Shown one piece after another: positions 46,601 to 56,335 of a stretch of DNA of 64,000 bases (within the stretch, counting starts at the first letter, position 1; each line of letters opens with the position of its first letter). The stretch is from a virus (lineage: Duplodnaviria > Heunggongvirae > Uroviricota > Caudoviricetes). Position numbers and translations under genes: made by a program. The notes under the pieces were generated by a model. It had not been told where the DNA came from. It did no database searches and saw nothing but the letters and a program-made list of their open reading frames with translations. The stretch lies in IMG/VR virus record IMGVR_UViG_3300048593_000385; one strand, written 5' to 3'.

Positions 46601-48039
46601 GCATTTGCCGAACTTCCTGCATAGTGGACACCTCTAATGTCTCTGAAATTCTTACCGAGATTCATGCGAATATCAGTTAGATAAAGTCTCCAGAGAGCTG
46701 TCGCAGTTCCGACTTGGCCTTGATCATGCTGCAGAGCAATTGCCTTTGCAGTTCCTACTTCAACTCCAGCTGGAGTTCCATTTGCGAACTGGTTGTTGGA
46801 AACTTTGGCGCCAGGAGCACTACGCAGCGAAACAGTTGGACCAACGTGAGTCGGGATCGTACCAACAAACTCTCCAAGAAGAATAGAGTTGTCGAATGTT
46901 GTTTTGACTGTTTGGCCTGTAGAGATTGTTGCGTCTGTGCCCTTACGAACAGGGACATTGATGTTGTTTAGAGTCTCAACTCTGTGACCATCAATATAGG
47001 CAAGCCCAGCAGAAACAACAGCAATATTGTGAGTGGTGTTGGCATCTTGCATTGTGACATTGAATGGACGAACAACGAAGTTACCGTTGGTCTCATACTC
47101 ACGACGAGCCATCTCGTTCCCGATAACACTGTATTGCGTTTCTTGGAAAGAACGAGTGATATTGCCATTTTCCCACTCAACTAGCGAGAAGAAGCCATTT
47201 GTCGGAGCGTCTGCTATATCATATGCAACCAGCTGAGGCATCAATTGTAGACGGTGAGCTCCAGGAGCATTTAGATTGCTATAGCCAGTAGCGCCATCAA
47301 GCAGATTGGTGTCTTGATATTCAGTGACGATATTCTCACTGATCAGGAAGCCAGCAACAACATTGCTTGGAGTTGTCGAATATTTGGATATGATTACTGT
47401 TTCAGAAGAAGGAACCTGAACAAAGTGACCTTTCTGGAAAATAACACCAGAAGAAACAGTCATTGCGTAGCCTCTACCGACTGCATCAGCAACGGAAGCT
47501 ACGGTGACATCACCATCAGTAAACTGAGCAGCATTGATGCCATTGTTAGCCATGGCTGTGGCGACATCAGTTGTTTCGTAGAAAGTAATCTGCGATCCAG
47601 GAGCAAACTCAGTTTCTCCATTGACACCGCTGTTAACATACTTGAAGTATAGGGTCTTGAGGTCTGGATCCTGCGACTCGTAACCATCCTGATAGTTTAC
47701 GCAGATAGCATATAGATTTGAGGTTGGCTCGTGGCCAATAAATCCAGGATAGCTGGATGGCTGTACTGGCTGACTGTCGTTTGGACGAATGTCTAGAACT
47801 TTAACGTAGTTATACTTTAGATCGTAGCTAAACGTACAACCCTTGATGATTGTGCCTGAAGTAAAGATATTGTCGCCGAAACGCTCAACTTGATTCTGCA
47901 GAATATCCTGGAGCTGCGTAAGTTCGCGAGCCTGAATAGGGACAGCAGGACGAAACAAAATACGATGATAGTTATCGTTAATAGCATTATTGGCATCGTC
48001 GTAGTATGGCGATACATTTAGATCGGTTTCGATTCCCAT
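43648..48039 (-). CDS. DUF4815/VrlC-like large virion structural protein, N-terminal part
   Basis: TDLNVSPYYDD, ILFRPAVPIQARELTQLQDILQNQVERFG, ARREYETNGNFVVRPF, RFKNGIFVDNF. Confidence 0.82.
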   Translation of the reverse strand: MGIETDLNVSPYYDDANNAINDNYHRILFRPAVPIQARELTQLQDILQNQVERFGDNIFTSGTIIKGCTFSYDLKYNYVKVLDIRPNDSQPVQPSSYPGFIGHEPTSNLYAICVNYQDGYESQDPDLKTLYFKYVNSGVNGETEFAPGSQITFYETTDVATAMANNGINAAQFTDGDVTVASVADAVGRGYAMTVSSGVIFQKGHFVQVPSSETVIISKYSTTPSNVVAGFLISENIVTEYQDTNLLDGATGYSNLNAPGAHRLQLMPQLVAYDIADAPTNGFFSLVEWENGNITRSFQETQYSVIGNEMARREYETNGNFVVRPFNVTMQDANTTHNIAVVSAGLAYIDGHRVETLNNINVPVRKGTDATISTGQTVKTTFDNSILLGEFVGTIPTHVGPTVSLRSAPGAKVSNNQFANGTPAGVEVGTAKAIALQHDQGQVGTATALWRLYLTDIRMNLGKNFRDIRGVHYAGSSANAFGDVARSLDSTLSTSTNTYIAAVQNPADSSLVFPSAKRGLRNFTQSSNLPKYIYRTVSNTTILAASGQSSLITLGNTTVFPYGSNVTLTETQERSLVVIPYAFSGGATYANVTLTKSGNLVITNGSANVIANGATQFTTQYQIGDFVVTDNGIINQIRNISNSTFMTMTRAYAHSNNSASHAKCYPINYPINLSQRNSKVEITDTAAQNMRITLISSNNVAETLTANMSIAVTHNAKQPAAADRSLQSNSNIVVKINTSNNSGGVAGPWCLGIPYAYRIKNIYKSSNTGVVIGNTSSGCTHFLVASTTGFSNGVVVNGKGIPAGATANVLNSTTLVLSSAATSTTTFNGVKYAYYSTSANDDVTSAFTLRKGHKDAFFDHSFVQLNNSGGKSSVQIANGDLLTVVFDALKPGTQGAGFITSDSYSTLVNDGVIAWEDIASHHDPKGRESFLRDSIDCRPFAVNTAVYTNSTSSGTVNPAYTTVLGDIANNTPTANTELYLVAPDQLFDCDMYHYVGRVDKLIMNSYGKFQIVEGRPGNNPVPPADIKGTMTLASITVPPYPSYTRTLNTSNVAASYVSSSTIAQNRVYTMKDIAKLDKRVDNLEYYTSLNLLEQKTNKLTIVSDVTGANRFKNGIFVDNFQTTDMLDVQNSEFKIGFSTSETALVPQYTMDTIQLRYANGVGTTANGNFIRVQSNTSTTEVSFLNQNLATETIRCAEAVYTGAGDVVCWPPFAPAPDPSPPPPPPPPPPPPPPPPPPPAPGDPLFAAWSGGIYPNVESVAGCEITFAIGALGYSAFSISVTGPNTSFSRTLTSSNTTTGFYQEGGTIVTNALPGTYTATVTKTPKAGYTEVAPDMFNLVTVVKPLIINNPTPEPGVIPTVVVANTDTIVIPPIPLTFGGFDVTSGVLLDFNFNSTWGFGSGGGGTPTTNFNTSLITVATGTANSTTSTTSSANTAAATPTLPGISGRGGGGDVDRWNRNVNLV
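44326..44382 (-). repeat. Polyproline tract (19 consecutive Pro codons by my count)
   Basis: Run of NGG triplets on the plus strand with mixed codons. Confidence 0.92.
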
Positions 48040-48048
48040 TGTTACCTC

Positions 48049-50088
48049 TTAATTAAAGCCGTAAATTAGCTTAACTGTTTCAGATTGCGCAGTATTTCTT
48101 ACCACAGGTTCTATATTCTCAACATAAAGAATGTTGCCACTATATGGCACCATATCAGGACGAATGATATCATCCACTTGAATTCTTACTTGTCTTGTAC
48201 TGTCATCATAAATGTATTTATATGAACTTGTGGGAATATCGGATGAATCAAAGTAACCTTTTACCTCTGTCAAGTAAATATTTGTGTTAGCTCCTATGAC
48301 ATCCATGCTCTGAATATAAGCATATCCAATATCAACACCACCATCAATTTGAACAATCTTCTGTCCAACAGAAAAAGTTCCTCCACTTAAAGTAGAATTT
48401 GGGCAAACCAACATTGTTCTGGCGTCAAACACAGGAGATGCACCTGTAACTGTTGTTGCTAGAACATTGCTTGATGCAGTAACAGTTGAGGTCGTAAGCA
48501 GGTCGCCTGACTCGAAGATACCTGTAGTATTAGCCAGCTTTAGAGTTGTATTTGCTGTGTAATTTACAGAGATCTTGCCTTGTGCTCCTGAAACAGAACC
48601 AGTAACAATAGTTCCAACGCTGAACGAAGGAAGGCTGGTATAGGTATACGAGACAAGAACATTGGCATACTGTGGATTGACAAGCAACCCAACACGACGA
48701 TATGTCGAGCCTGTTCCTGGGATATTACCGCCTTCATTATTGGCAAAGGTCGCACTGTAGCAGAGATATGTTGAGTTTAGCTCAGAAGCAACATCGTAGC
48801 CATGACCGCCACGTGGAGACATAATGGCACGAACAACAGCATTATTTGAAGCAATAGCAGTGGATCCTGTATTACCAAAAACAGCTACGTTAGCATAAGT
48901 GTAACCTGTGCCACGACTGATCACTCGAACATCAACAAGTTGTTTTGTATTAGGATCAATTACCGAAAGAGCAGATGCGCCTGTGCCGTCTCCAGTAATA
49001 GAAACTCTTGGAGCAATCACATATTTCGATGTTAGATCGGGTAGTGATGCAAACGAATTAGCCAGAAGAACTCTACGAGCATTACCGATAACTAGATATT
49101 GTTCGATGGTCTCAACCTGCCCAGCGCCTGTTCCTGATGCAATATACAGAGAGCAGCCATTGTAGAAGTTATTGTTTGATGACACATCAGGTGAAGTAAC
49201 ATCAATTACTGTAGCGACCTTTCCGCTGAGCGAACCTGTAATTGTATTGAGACTAGGAGCAAAGATATTGTTTGTGTTTCTCAGAGTAAGAACACTTGCA
49301 GAACCATTTGCGGTCGATTCGCTCACAACCACACCATTAGCAGTAACACCACCGTAAACCTGAGTGACTGTTTCGCCCAGACTAAAGGTGTTCGAGCTAA
49401 TCGTCAAAACAGTTGTATCTGTGCCTTGGATACCGAAGTATTGAGTGTTACCTCCAACAGCGATCTCAGTGAAGTAACCATTTGTGTATGAGTTATAGTT
49501 GCCGCCAGGAGATGCAATCTTATACGTCTCAATAGCACCAGACACGGCATTACCAACAACAGCACTATTTGCTACTACTGGAATATAATCATCAGTAGTA
49601 AATCTTGAGAACGAGACTGTATCAAAGCTATACATGTATTTCCACTGATAGCCATCGGATGTAGAATAGTAAACGTCATCGGCTGCTGTTTCTGACAACA
49701 GTGGTTGCTGTGTTGAATCGGCGTTGTTGTTATTGTTCAGACACTTAAACACATGGTATGCACCAGCTTCTTGAGTAAGAACAAAGAATTGTTTTGAATA
49801 GAGATATGGGTCTTGGTCGTCATATGAATCATACACTGTTCCTGATTCCCAGTTATAACGATCCGTCATCGGGCTGGAAAATCCTTCAGGAACAAGTTTA
49901 CCGAAAAGGATTTCGTTAGGAATAGTAGATTCTAGAGTCGCAACTGAGTTGTCGATGTCAGGTGGATTGATGTCATTTGGCCAAGGTGTGGCTTTAGCTG
50001 CGAACGTATAATACGAATTCGCATTCTGGTCTTGCATAATCCACAGATTTCTGCGCAAAGTAAAATTGGCGTTGCTTGACAGACTCAT
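48049..50088 (-). CDS. gp8: Baseplate wedge subunit (T4 gp8-like)
   Basis: RYNWESGTVYDSYDD, VFKCLNNN, DGYQWKYMYS, PRGGHG; C-terminal GNILYVENIEPVVR. Confidence 0.85.
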   Translation of the reverse strand: MSLSSNANFTLRRNLWIMQDQNANSYYTFAAKATPWPNDINPPDIDNSVATLESTIPNEILFGKLVPEGFSSPMTDRYNWESGTVYDSYDDQDPYLYSKQFFVLTQEAGAYHVFKCLNNNNNADSTQQPLLSETAADDVYYSTSDGYQWKYMYSFDTVSFSRFTTDDYIPVVANSAVVGNAVSGAIETYKIASPGGNYNSYTNGYFTEIAVGGNTQYFGIQGTDTTVLTISSNTFSLGETVTQVYGGVTANGVVVSESTANGSASVLTLRNTNNIFAPSLNTITGSLSGKVATVIDVTSPDVSSNNNFYNGCSLYIASGTGAGQVETIEQYLVIGNARRVLLANSFASLPDLTSKYVIAPRVSITGDGTGASALSVIDPNTKQLVDVRVISRGTGYTYANVAVFGNTGSTAIASNNAVVRAIMSPRGGHGYDVASELNSTYLCYSATFANNEGGNIPGTGSTYRRVGLLVNPQYANVLVSYTYTSLPSFSVGTIVTGSVSGAQGKISVNYTANTTLKLANTTGIFESGDLLTTSTVTASSNVLATTVTGASPVFDARTMLVCPNSTLSGGTFSVGQKIVQIDGGVDIGYAYIQSMDVIGANTNIYLTEVKGYFDSSDIPTSSYKYIYDDSTRQVRIQVDDIIRPDMVPYSGNILYVENIEPVVRNTAQSETVKLIYGFN

Positions 50089-50091
50089 TTA

Positions 50092-51237
50092 TTAATATCC
50101 TATTGCGAAGTAAGCTACGTTACCTGCCGTAGCAGATGCGGTTCTAATCGGAGCCACTGTTGTATTGGCTGGTTGTATCAGATATGGACCATTGGCAGTA
50201 GCATTAGCAGAAGTCAACATAACTGAAAGACATGCTGTGCCAAACGCACTGGTAAACGTAACGTTGCCGCCTGTGTTATTAGCAGCAACCCAGCCCCAGT
50301 TAACCTTTAGACCATTAGGCAGGAATGAATATCCATTGGCAGCTGTGGCTGTAGAAGTGCCTAGTGTCAGGGTGTTGCTGGCAACAGTAAGAGTGCTGCC
50401 TAGTCGAACAGCGCCAGAGACGTTGGCTGTTCCTGTTACTGCGAGCGTCGCATCAGGTGCAGTGTTTGCGATACCAACGTTACCACCTGGAGCGATACGC
50501 ATTCTTTCATTTGCAATTAATGTACCTCTGGTGAAGAAGTTGATAAAGCCATTCGACCCTGCTCCGCCAGCAGTACCAATAGAAAGGTTAGTATTACCTG
50601 TGTAGAGATATCCGTCAGATGCACCACCAATAGTCCATGCTGTATTTGACCATGTGTTGCTGGTAATACCCATATCAATGAAGTTTACGCCTGTTAGACC
50701 ACTACCATCATACGCAGCAAAGTCGGCTGAAGTATTACCGCCTGTGTTAGCATTTGAAACGATAATTGAGATAGACGAGTTCGAGTTACCTGCACCAGTA
50801 ACAACAGCTGGAGTTCCGAGAGTAGTAATACCACCGAGCTGCACGTTCGCAGTTGTGTTGCCCATTGAGGTTACACCAGTGTTGCTGATTGTCAGCATCA
50901 CACTATTGGCGCCAACAGCAGTAGAATTGCCCGAATAGAAAGTAAATCCATCCCCAGCGCCAACCATAATACGACCCATAAATGCTGCTGGGTTGTAGTC
51001 GAATACGATACCATCGCCAAGCAGATTTGTATGTGTTGTATTTGCGCCAATACCACCAGCAGCGAAAAGATCGCCTGACTTCAATACTGTAAACTGATTG
51101 GCACCACCAACAGCAAGATTAAGCAGAGCAGAGTTTGCGGTGGATGCAGTATCAGTAACATTCATGTTGATGGCGACGAAAGTTTGGGTAGCATTAGCCC
51201 AAGTGTCTGTCATCTGGTAAATGAAAGTATTAGCCAT
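50092..51237 (-). CDS. Tail fibre-like protein with C-terminal 'gp53-like' fibre domain
   Basis: ERMRI.PGGNVGIAN repeat; NGYSFLPNGLKVNWG..VTFTSAF C-terminus. Confidence 0.7.
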   Translation of the reverse strand: MANTFIYQMTDTWANATQTFVAINMNVTDTASTANSALLNLAVGGANQFTVLKSGDLFAAGGIGANTTHTNLLGDGIVFDYNPAAFMGRIMVGAGDGFTFYSGNSTAVGANSVMLTISNTGVTSMGNTTANVQLGGITTLGTPAVVTGAGNSNSSISIIVSNANTGGNTSADFAAYDGSGLTGVNFIDMGITSNTWSNTAWTIGGASDGYLYTGNTNLSIGTAGGAGSNGFINFFTRGTLIANERMRIAPGGNVGIANTAPDATLAVTGTANVSGAVRLGSTLTVASNTLTLGTSTATAANGYSFLPNGLKVNWGWVAANNTGGNVTFTSAFGTACLSVMLTSANATANGPYLIQPANTTVAPIRTASATAGNVAYFAIGY

Positions 51238-54041
51238 TAAATCGTTCCTCTTTCTAGTAGCGCACCGCCAAGTCGATCAACAAGTAGTGTATTATCTCTA
51301 GCATATATTGGATTGGTAACAACTTCAATTGAAGTGGTATGCACTGTAATTGGTTTTACCTTTGCTGATCCAATGAACACTTTACCATACATTTTTGTAC
51401 CGACAACATGCGCCAATTGTTTTAATATATCAGCATATTTATCCATCGACAGTCGTGACTGGATTTCGTATGAGAACGACTGATAATAATCTCCGTCCGC
51501 GATATACTTGTTTGAGTTAAGCATACCACGAGTATTTTCCCAATAACCTTCGCCAATACCTTGGTTTGTTACATTCGCAGTACCACTAATGGCAAAGATA
51601 TTATTGTTACTGATCAACTCAATAACATCATTTGGTTGGTGACCGTAACCAGAACTGATAATCTCTAGCTCTGTGGCAATACCTCTAGCAGTTGTAACAA
51701 CATCAGTAACAATAGCGTTATTACCCATTGCCTGAGATGCAGTGTTTTGATATGTATTCAGAACTGTAGCAGTACCACCACTTGTTGCTGTAACAACGCT
51801 TCCTGTTTGATATGCAGTGTTAAACGAAGTTCTCTTGACCTCGATGATGCTTGTGTTAGGAACATTAAGGATAGTTCCCTTTGATAGTATTGTTGACGTT
51901 GCAGTGCTGACACCTGTAGCGTTTGCAGTTGCACCTGAAGTCAATCCAACCAGAGCACCGCCACCAGCTGTATTACCGTAGAATGTTCCTCGGTCTGAAG
52001 TCAATAGAAGTGCGGTGGCATTGGCAGTAAGAATAGTAGCGTAAGCATTCGTTCCGCTGCGAATCTGTGTGACACCTTCGCCATTAGAGAATGCACCAGT
52101 GTTAGCATTAAACGTGACGAGAGTCTGTGTTATCGGAACTGTCTGGGACAGCGTATCCCCGACGTTGAACACACCTGCCATATCCTGAACCTCAAGAATG
52201 ACATTTCTTCTGCCAAATCCAGCAATATAATCATTTCTGACGAGAACAAACGGATTAGCATTATAGCCAGATCCTGGGTTAACTGCAGCGAGAGAAGCGA
52301 TTGTGCCGATTGTAAATGGAGCAGATGTCAGCGCATCAAGGATAATGCTGTTATATCCAGCCGCAGAGTTCTTCGGGAACCCATATTGATTGATGTTATA
52401 ATAGAATGTAGATGTAACGCAGTTTGCTTTGGCAACGTTCGCGAGTCTAAGGCTTGTGGCGCTGATCACGTTGTTAACTGTGCCGATATATGTGTTTCCA
52501 GGAAATTTGTATAGTCCAGATCCAGGAACAATTTCTGTAGTAAACTGTGTTCCGCCAATACCAGTAACAAGATTGGTCGCGCTGTTGCATGTGATGCTCT
52601 GAGTTCCCAAAAGCAATCCAGTATTAGAATTGCCCCCAGAAACAATCATATTCAGATATGGAACGTCATTGACATTGTTACCACCAATGAAGTCAGTAAA
52701 TAGATATACGACTTCGGTGTCTGTAATAGAACCAATGTCAAAATTAGCACCCACACCTGTAGAGATACTAGTCGCATTCGCATACACATTGGCGCTACTG
52801 AAGAACATAGCACCATTTGAATAGAATGTATTGTTGATGTCATGCAGACCAACAGCTGTAGAGTTCGAACCTGTTACTGTACCATAGGCAGTTACGTTGG
52901 TCGAGGTGTATCCAGTAAACAGCACAGCATTAGCAGGAGTGCCGATAGTTGTAGCAGTAGCAAAATCACCATTTGTGACGTTGATGATTACTGTATTGGC
53001 TGTGGAAGGAGTAGCAACAATGAAACCATTGGCCACAACACTACCACTTGCCCAACCAACAACCTGAGAATGATACAGAGTTGCAGTATTTGTTACTGTA
53101 GGAGTAGATACACTAAAATAAATTGAATTTAGGGGTTGACTTATCGTCTCGTATATAGTATAATCAGGTGTTCCTGATGAATTTGTTCGATTCGATGTAA
53201 AGAGAATGGTGTTTGAAACATTAACCTGACCAGATGCAGATGTGTAACCAGAGCCACCATCCACCAGATTGAAATTGACTCTTCCTGTACCATCTTCAAC
53301 AGCAACAACACGTGCCTTACCGCTTTTACCATTGGTCGATGCAAATACTTCGAATAAATCACCAATTCTATTGTTTGCGCCACCATCTGTGATGTTGATT
53401 GTGGTAAGCGAACCAATAACCTTGGGCGCATTGAATAGATTACCATCGTTGGTAATTAATTCGTTATAAAGAAAGTTACCTTGGAGACTACTGATGGTCA
53501 TAACATCAATCATTCTCTGATTGATTACCTTGGTGTGAACAGACTCAACGAATGCAGTAGCGCCAGACCTAGAGCCTGTTACCTGTTGGTTGATATATGT
53601 TCTAGATCTTGCATTGTGCTCAACTTCGATATAGCGAGGAACTCTCCATACGCCATCGGATGCGCGAATAATATCTGTTCCTGGATCATAGATTTCAATG
53701 TCATCATCAAAGAGCAGACGAAACAGCAGTTTCATACCGCGATCACTACCCTTTGACTGGTAGAAATCCTTGATGTGCTTGATCATGAACCGCTTGTTTG
53801 CAGCAGTAATAGACGGGAAGTTGTTTAGGAATTCGAATTTGAAGTTATCAAGAAAATCGTCGATTGTGTTATCGATATCTTTATAATTCATCAAGCTTTT
53901 GCTTGCGTTTAGTGTATATCCCTCTTGTTCCATCCACTCGTAATATGCTTTAACGAATGCAATGAAGTTATCCCCCTCTGACTGATAGAAAGAGGGGAAC
54001 TGTTGAGCAACAAGATTAGAGATATACTTGTCGATTTCCAT
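51237..54041 (-). CDS. gp7: Baseplate wedge initiator (T4 gp7-like)
   Basis: QQFPSFY..NFIAFVKAYYEW, IKHIKDFYQSKGS..LLFRLLF; C-terminal DGDYYQSFSYEIQS. Confidence 0.85.
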   Translation of the reverse strand: MEIDKYISNLVAQQFPSFYQSEGDNFIAFVKAYYEWMEQEGYTLNASKSLMNYKDIDNTIDDFLDNFKFEFLNNFPSITAANKRFMIKHIKDFYQSKGSDRGMKLLFRLLFDDDIEIYDPGTDIIRASDGVWRVPRYIEVEHNARSRTYINQQVTGSRSGATAFVESVHTKVINQRMIDVMTISSLQGNFLYNELITNDGNLFNAPKVIGSLTTINITDGGANNRIGDLFEVFASTNGKSGKARVVAVEDGTGRVNFNLVDGGSGYTSASGQVNVSNTILFTSNRTNSSGTPDYTIYETISQPLNSIYFSVSTPTVTNTATLYHSQVVGWASGSVVANGFIVATPSTANTVIINVTNGDFATATTIGTPANAVLFTGYTSTNVTAYGTVTGSNSTAVGLHDINNTFYSNGAMFFSSANVYANATSISTGVGANFDIGSITDTEVVYLFTDFIGGNNVNDVPYLNMIVSGGNSNTGLLLGTQSITCNSATNLVTGIGGTQFTTEIVPGSGLYKFPGNTYIGTVNNVISATSLRLANVAKANCVTSTFYYNINQYGFPKNSAAGYNSIILDALTSAPFTIGTIASLAAVNPGSGYNANPFVLVRNDYIAGFGRRNVILEVQDMAGVFNVGDTLSQTVPITQTLVTFNANTGAFSNGEGVTQIRSGTNAYATILTANATALLLTSDRGTFYGNTAGGGALVGLTSGATANATGVSTATSTILSKGTILNVPNTSIIEVKRTSFNTAYQTGSVVTATSGGTATVLNTYQNTASQAMGNNAIVTDVVTTARGIATELEIISSGYGHQPNDVIELISNNNIFAISGTANVTNQGIGEGYWENTRGMLNSNKYIADGDYYQSFSYEIQSRLSMDKYADILKQLAHVVGTKMYGKVFIGSAKVKPITVHTTSIEVVTNPIYARDNTLLVDRLGGALLERGTI

Positions 54042-55801
54042 TAGATTCTGATTCCTTCGACGCTAACTGCTACGTTATCAAAGTCAATTTCCATGATAAC
54101 ATTTTGAGAAGAGTTAACGTCATAATTAGTTGGCGCTGCGAATATAGAGATATAATTACCAACATACTCAGATACATTTAGGTTGATCACATTGACGATA
54201 CCTGTGGCGTAATTGACTGTACCGATAATAATCAGAGGTGTTTGAATGCCATCAACAGTAGAGATAATCTTTAGGTTACCGTTGCTGTCGTCGATAATAG
54301 AACACTGCAGATTGCCATATGTGAAGGCAGTTGATGAGATGCTTCCTGGATTGAGCTGATTCTGGAACCTCAGAGCCAACGAGTAGTTTTCGTTGATAGA
54401 AGGAATCAAACGCTTGATCAGCGTTGTCTCAGTTTGGTTATCAACGATTGAAGAGTCTGCGCCATCAATGGCAGCAAGCAGCTGACTGTAGCGGAATCTT
54501 GCGTTGAATTTATGCAGGCTATCGGTGTTATATGTGTTCATGGCTGCTATAATCATAGACTGCACATCGCTCGCAGCAAGACTCGAACGGTTGAGGTCAT
54601 ACTTCACTGCTGTATTGATGCTGATAAGAGTATAATCTGCCTCGATCACAACTGGTGTGATTGTCATTGGTGCTCTTGTTGAGATGAATGACTGAATCTT
54701 ATTCTTTTCTAGATCAGAAAGACCAACGGCATCTGTCAAGTCAACAGCGATATAAACACGACCATATTGTGGCGGATCGATTTGGTCACCACCATAAACA
54801 AAGATATCGCGGATCTCAGTAAACTGGCCAAACAGAATGTTACGGTAATCTTCAGCAGTTACAGCACGCTCTAGAGTCTGATATGCTCTTGGTGCATTGA
54901 AGCGAATAGACTTCGTTGTTTCTGGAGCCAACCCACCAGCAGCTGCCTTTGGCGAACCATTGGCGTAATATGTTGGGGTGATAGTAGCATTTGTGTAGCC
55001 AGCAAGTGTTCCTGCTGGCTTGTATGAGGTGATTCCATTTGGCTTGTCGAGATTGCCAGCAACATATCTGGCCACGACTCTGGCGCCATTAATCGGTGAA
55101 GCACCTGTTATGCCATTGCCGAATACGATTTCATATTTGTCAGATGTAGCCTGTAGGAAATATGCCTTGGTAGTTGTCTTTACATCAAACAGAGTAGGAT
55201 AGAAGTCCCATGTCTCTGGGTTACCAAGATCGTTCGTTACAGTCACTGCGAGCGTAGTTGTATCTACATTAGGATTTGAGATTATAAATCGCTGGTCTTG
55301 AATTGCGGTATTAACAATGAATGTTTCTGAGAGAGAAACACCTTCTTGAATAGCAACATTCGTAGAGATATAAGTGTTACTGACTGGAGTGATAATGGTA
55401 TTAGAAACTGTTGTAAACGTGTAAACACCAGTGCCATCTGTGCCTTGGAACTTTGTTCCTGATGGAATATCGATATATGGTGGATTGTCATTAGGTGCCA
55501 TTTGAATATCAATATAGCCGACCGAAGAACGTGCCGAGCGAGGCAGATAATTTAGATCTTTGGCATGACTGACAACAGAATCTCTCAACACAGCTGTATC
55601 AAGAAACATTTCGTTGATAGCCATATTAGTGTAGAATGTATTGATATATGAGTTATAAGACAGCAGATCAATCAGAGTGCTAAGATTCGATCCCTCAAAG
55701 TCATAGTCCTTAAACTGCGGATAGTTGCGCATGAACGCGACTAGACTTTGCTTGAGCCCAGTATAATCCAAATTGGTTACAGCAAGTGTATTGTTTGCCA
55801 T
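54041..55801 (-). CDS. gp6: Baseplate wedge subunit (T4 gp6-like)
   Basis: FKDYDFEGSNLSTLIDLLSYN, NEMFLDTA..R.SVVSHAK..NYLPRS, RAVTAEDY. Confidence 0.93.
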   Translation of the reverse strand: MANNTLAVTNLDYTGLKQSLVAFMRNYPQFKDYDFEGSNLSTLIDLLSYNSYINTFYTNMAINEMFLDTAVLRDSVVSHAKDLNYLPRSARSSVGYIDIQMAPNDNPPYIDIPSGTKFQGTDGTGVYTFTTVSNTIITPVSNTYISTNVAIQEGVSLSETFIVNTAIQDQRFIISNPNVDTTTLAVTVTNDLGNPETWDFYPTLFDVKTTTKAYFLQATSDKYEIVFGNGITGASPINGARVVARYVAGNLDKPNGITSYKPAGTLAGYTNATITPTYYANGSPKAAAGGLAPETTKSIRFNAPRAYQTLERAVTAEDYRNILFGQFTEIRDIFVYGGDQIDPPQYGRVYIAVDLTDAVGLSDLEKNKIQSFISTRAPMTITPVVIEADYTLISINTAVKYDLNRSSLAASDVQSMIIAAMNTYNTDSLHKFNARFRYSQLLAAIDGADSSIVDNQTETTLIKRLIPSINENYSLALRFQNQLNPGSISSTAFTYGNLQCSIIDDSNGNLKIISTVDGIQTPLIIIGTVNYATGIVNVINLNVSEYVGNYISIFAAPTNYDVNSSQNVIMEIDFDNVAVSVEGIRI

Positions 55802-56208
55802 TATCGAATCCTGATGAGTGTTGTTGTTATTGTTATTGGCGCTGGATTATTTATAATAGAAAAAGTAAGGGTGATGTCAATAGCATTATCATCAGGTCTT
55901 CCGTTTACGACTAAATCAATAATTTCAACTCTTGGCTCGTATTGCTCAATGGCGAACTTAATATCTGTTTTCATTTCATATTCTGTTGTAGACATAAATG
56001 GCTCAAACAGATAACGACTGAGGTTGGCACCAAAGAATGGAGCATATGGCACTTCATAGTGATTGGTCTTGATAATCTTCTTCAGCGAGTTGATAACAGA
56101 CTGCTCATTCGTGACACGAACAAGGTCATGAGTGTGCGGATTTTTCTTAAAATCGAACAGAAAATCTGAAAAAAAGATCTCTTTCTGCTTCGGTGATGGT
56201 TGCGCCAT
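55801..56208 (-). CDS. gp25: Baseplate wedge protein (T4 gp25-like; start revised from 56280 to the ATG at 56208)
   Basis: FSDF, NEQSVINSLKKII.T..YE.P..P.FG, IEQYEPRV; GGAGGA RBS and late promoter just upstream. Confidence 0.9.
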   Translation of the reverse strand: MAQPSPKQKEIFFSDFLFDFKKNPHTHDLVRVTNEQSVINSLKKIIKTNHYEVPYAPFFGANLSRYLFEPFMSTTEYEMKTDIKFAIEQYEPRVEIIDLVVNGRPDDNAIDITLTFSIINNPAPITITTTLIRIR

Positions 56209-56228
56209 GTATCCTCCAGAGTTTATTC

Positions 56229-56236
56229 TATTTATA
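56229..56236 (-). promoter_or_regulatory. T4-type late promoter TATAAATA
   Basis: Exact consensus upstream of gp25. Confidence 0.85.
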
Positions 56237-56285
56237 TAAATCTGCCAAACTGCTAACCCACTGATTTTAAACAAAAACAAAACGC

Positions 56286-56314
56286 TTGCTTTATTTTAGA
56301 AAATAGGTTAGAGT
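56286..56314 (+). promoter_or_regulatory. Early sigma70-type promoter P1 (TTGCTT-17-TAGAGT)
   Basis: One of four near-identical intergenic copies. Confidence 0.8.
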
Positions 56315-56335
56315 GAATAATAAGGAGATATAACC

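Noticed and set aside
34540-54041. Abundant N-x-S/T sequons as evidence of N-glycosylation
   Set aside because: Expected by chance from the high Asn/Thr/Ser content of beta-rich fibres; no oligosaccharyltransferase is seen.
56209-56280. N-terminal extension of gp25 given in the track
   Set aside because: It spans the late promoter and RBS that serve the ATG at 56208.
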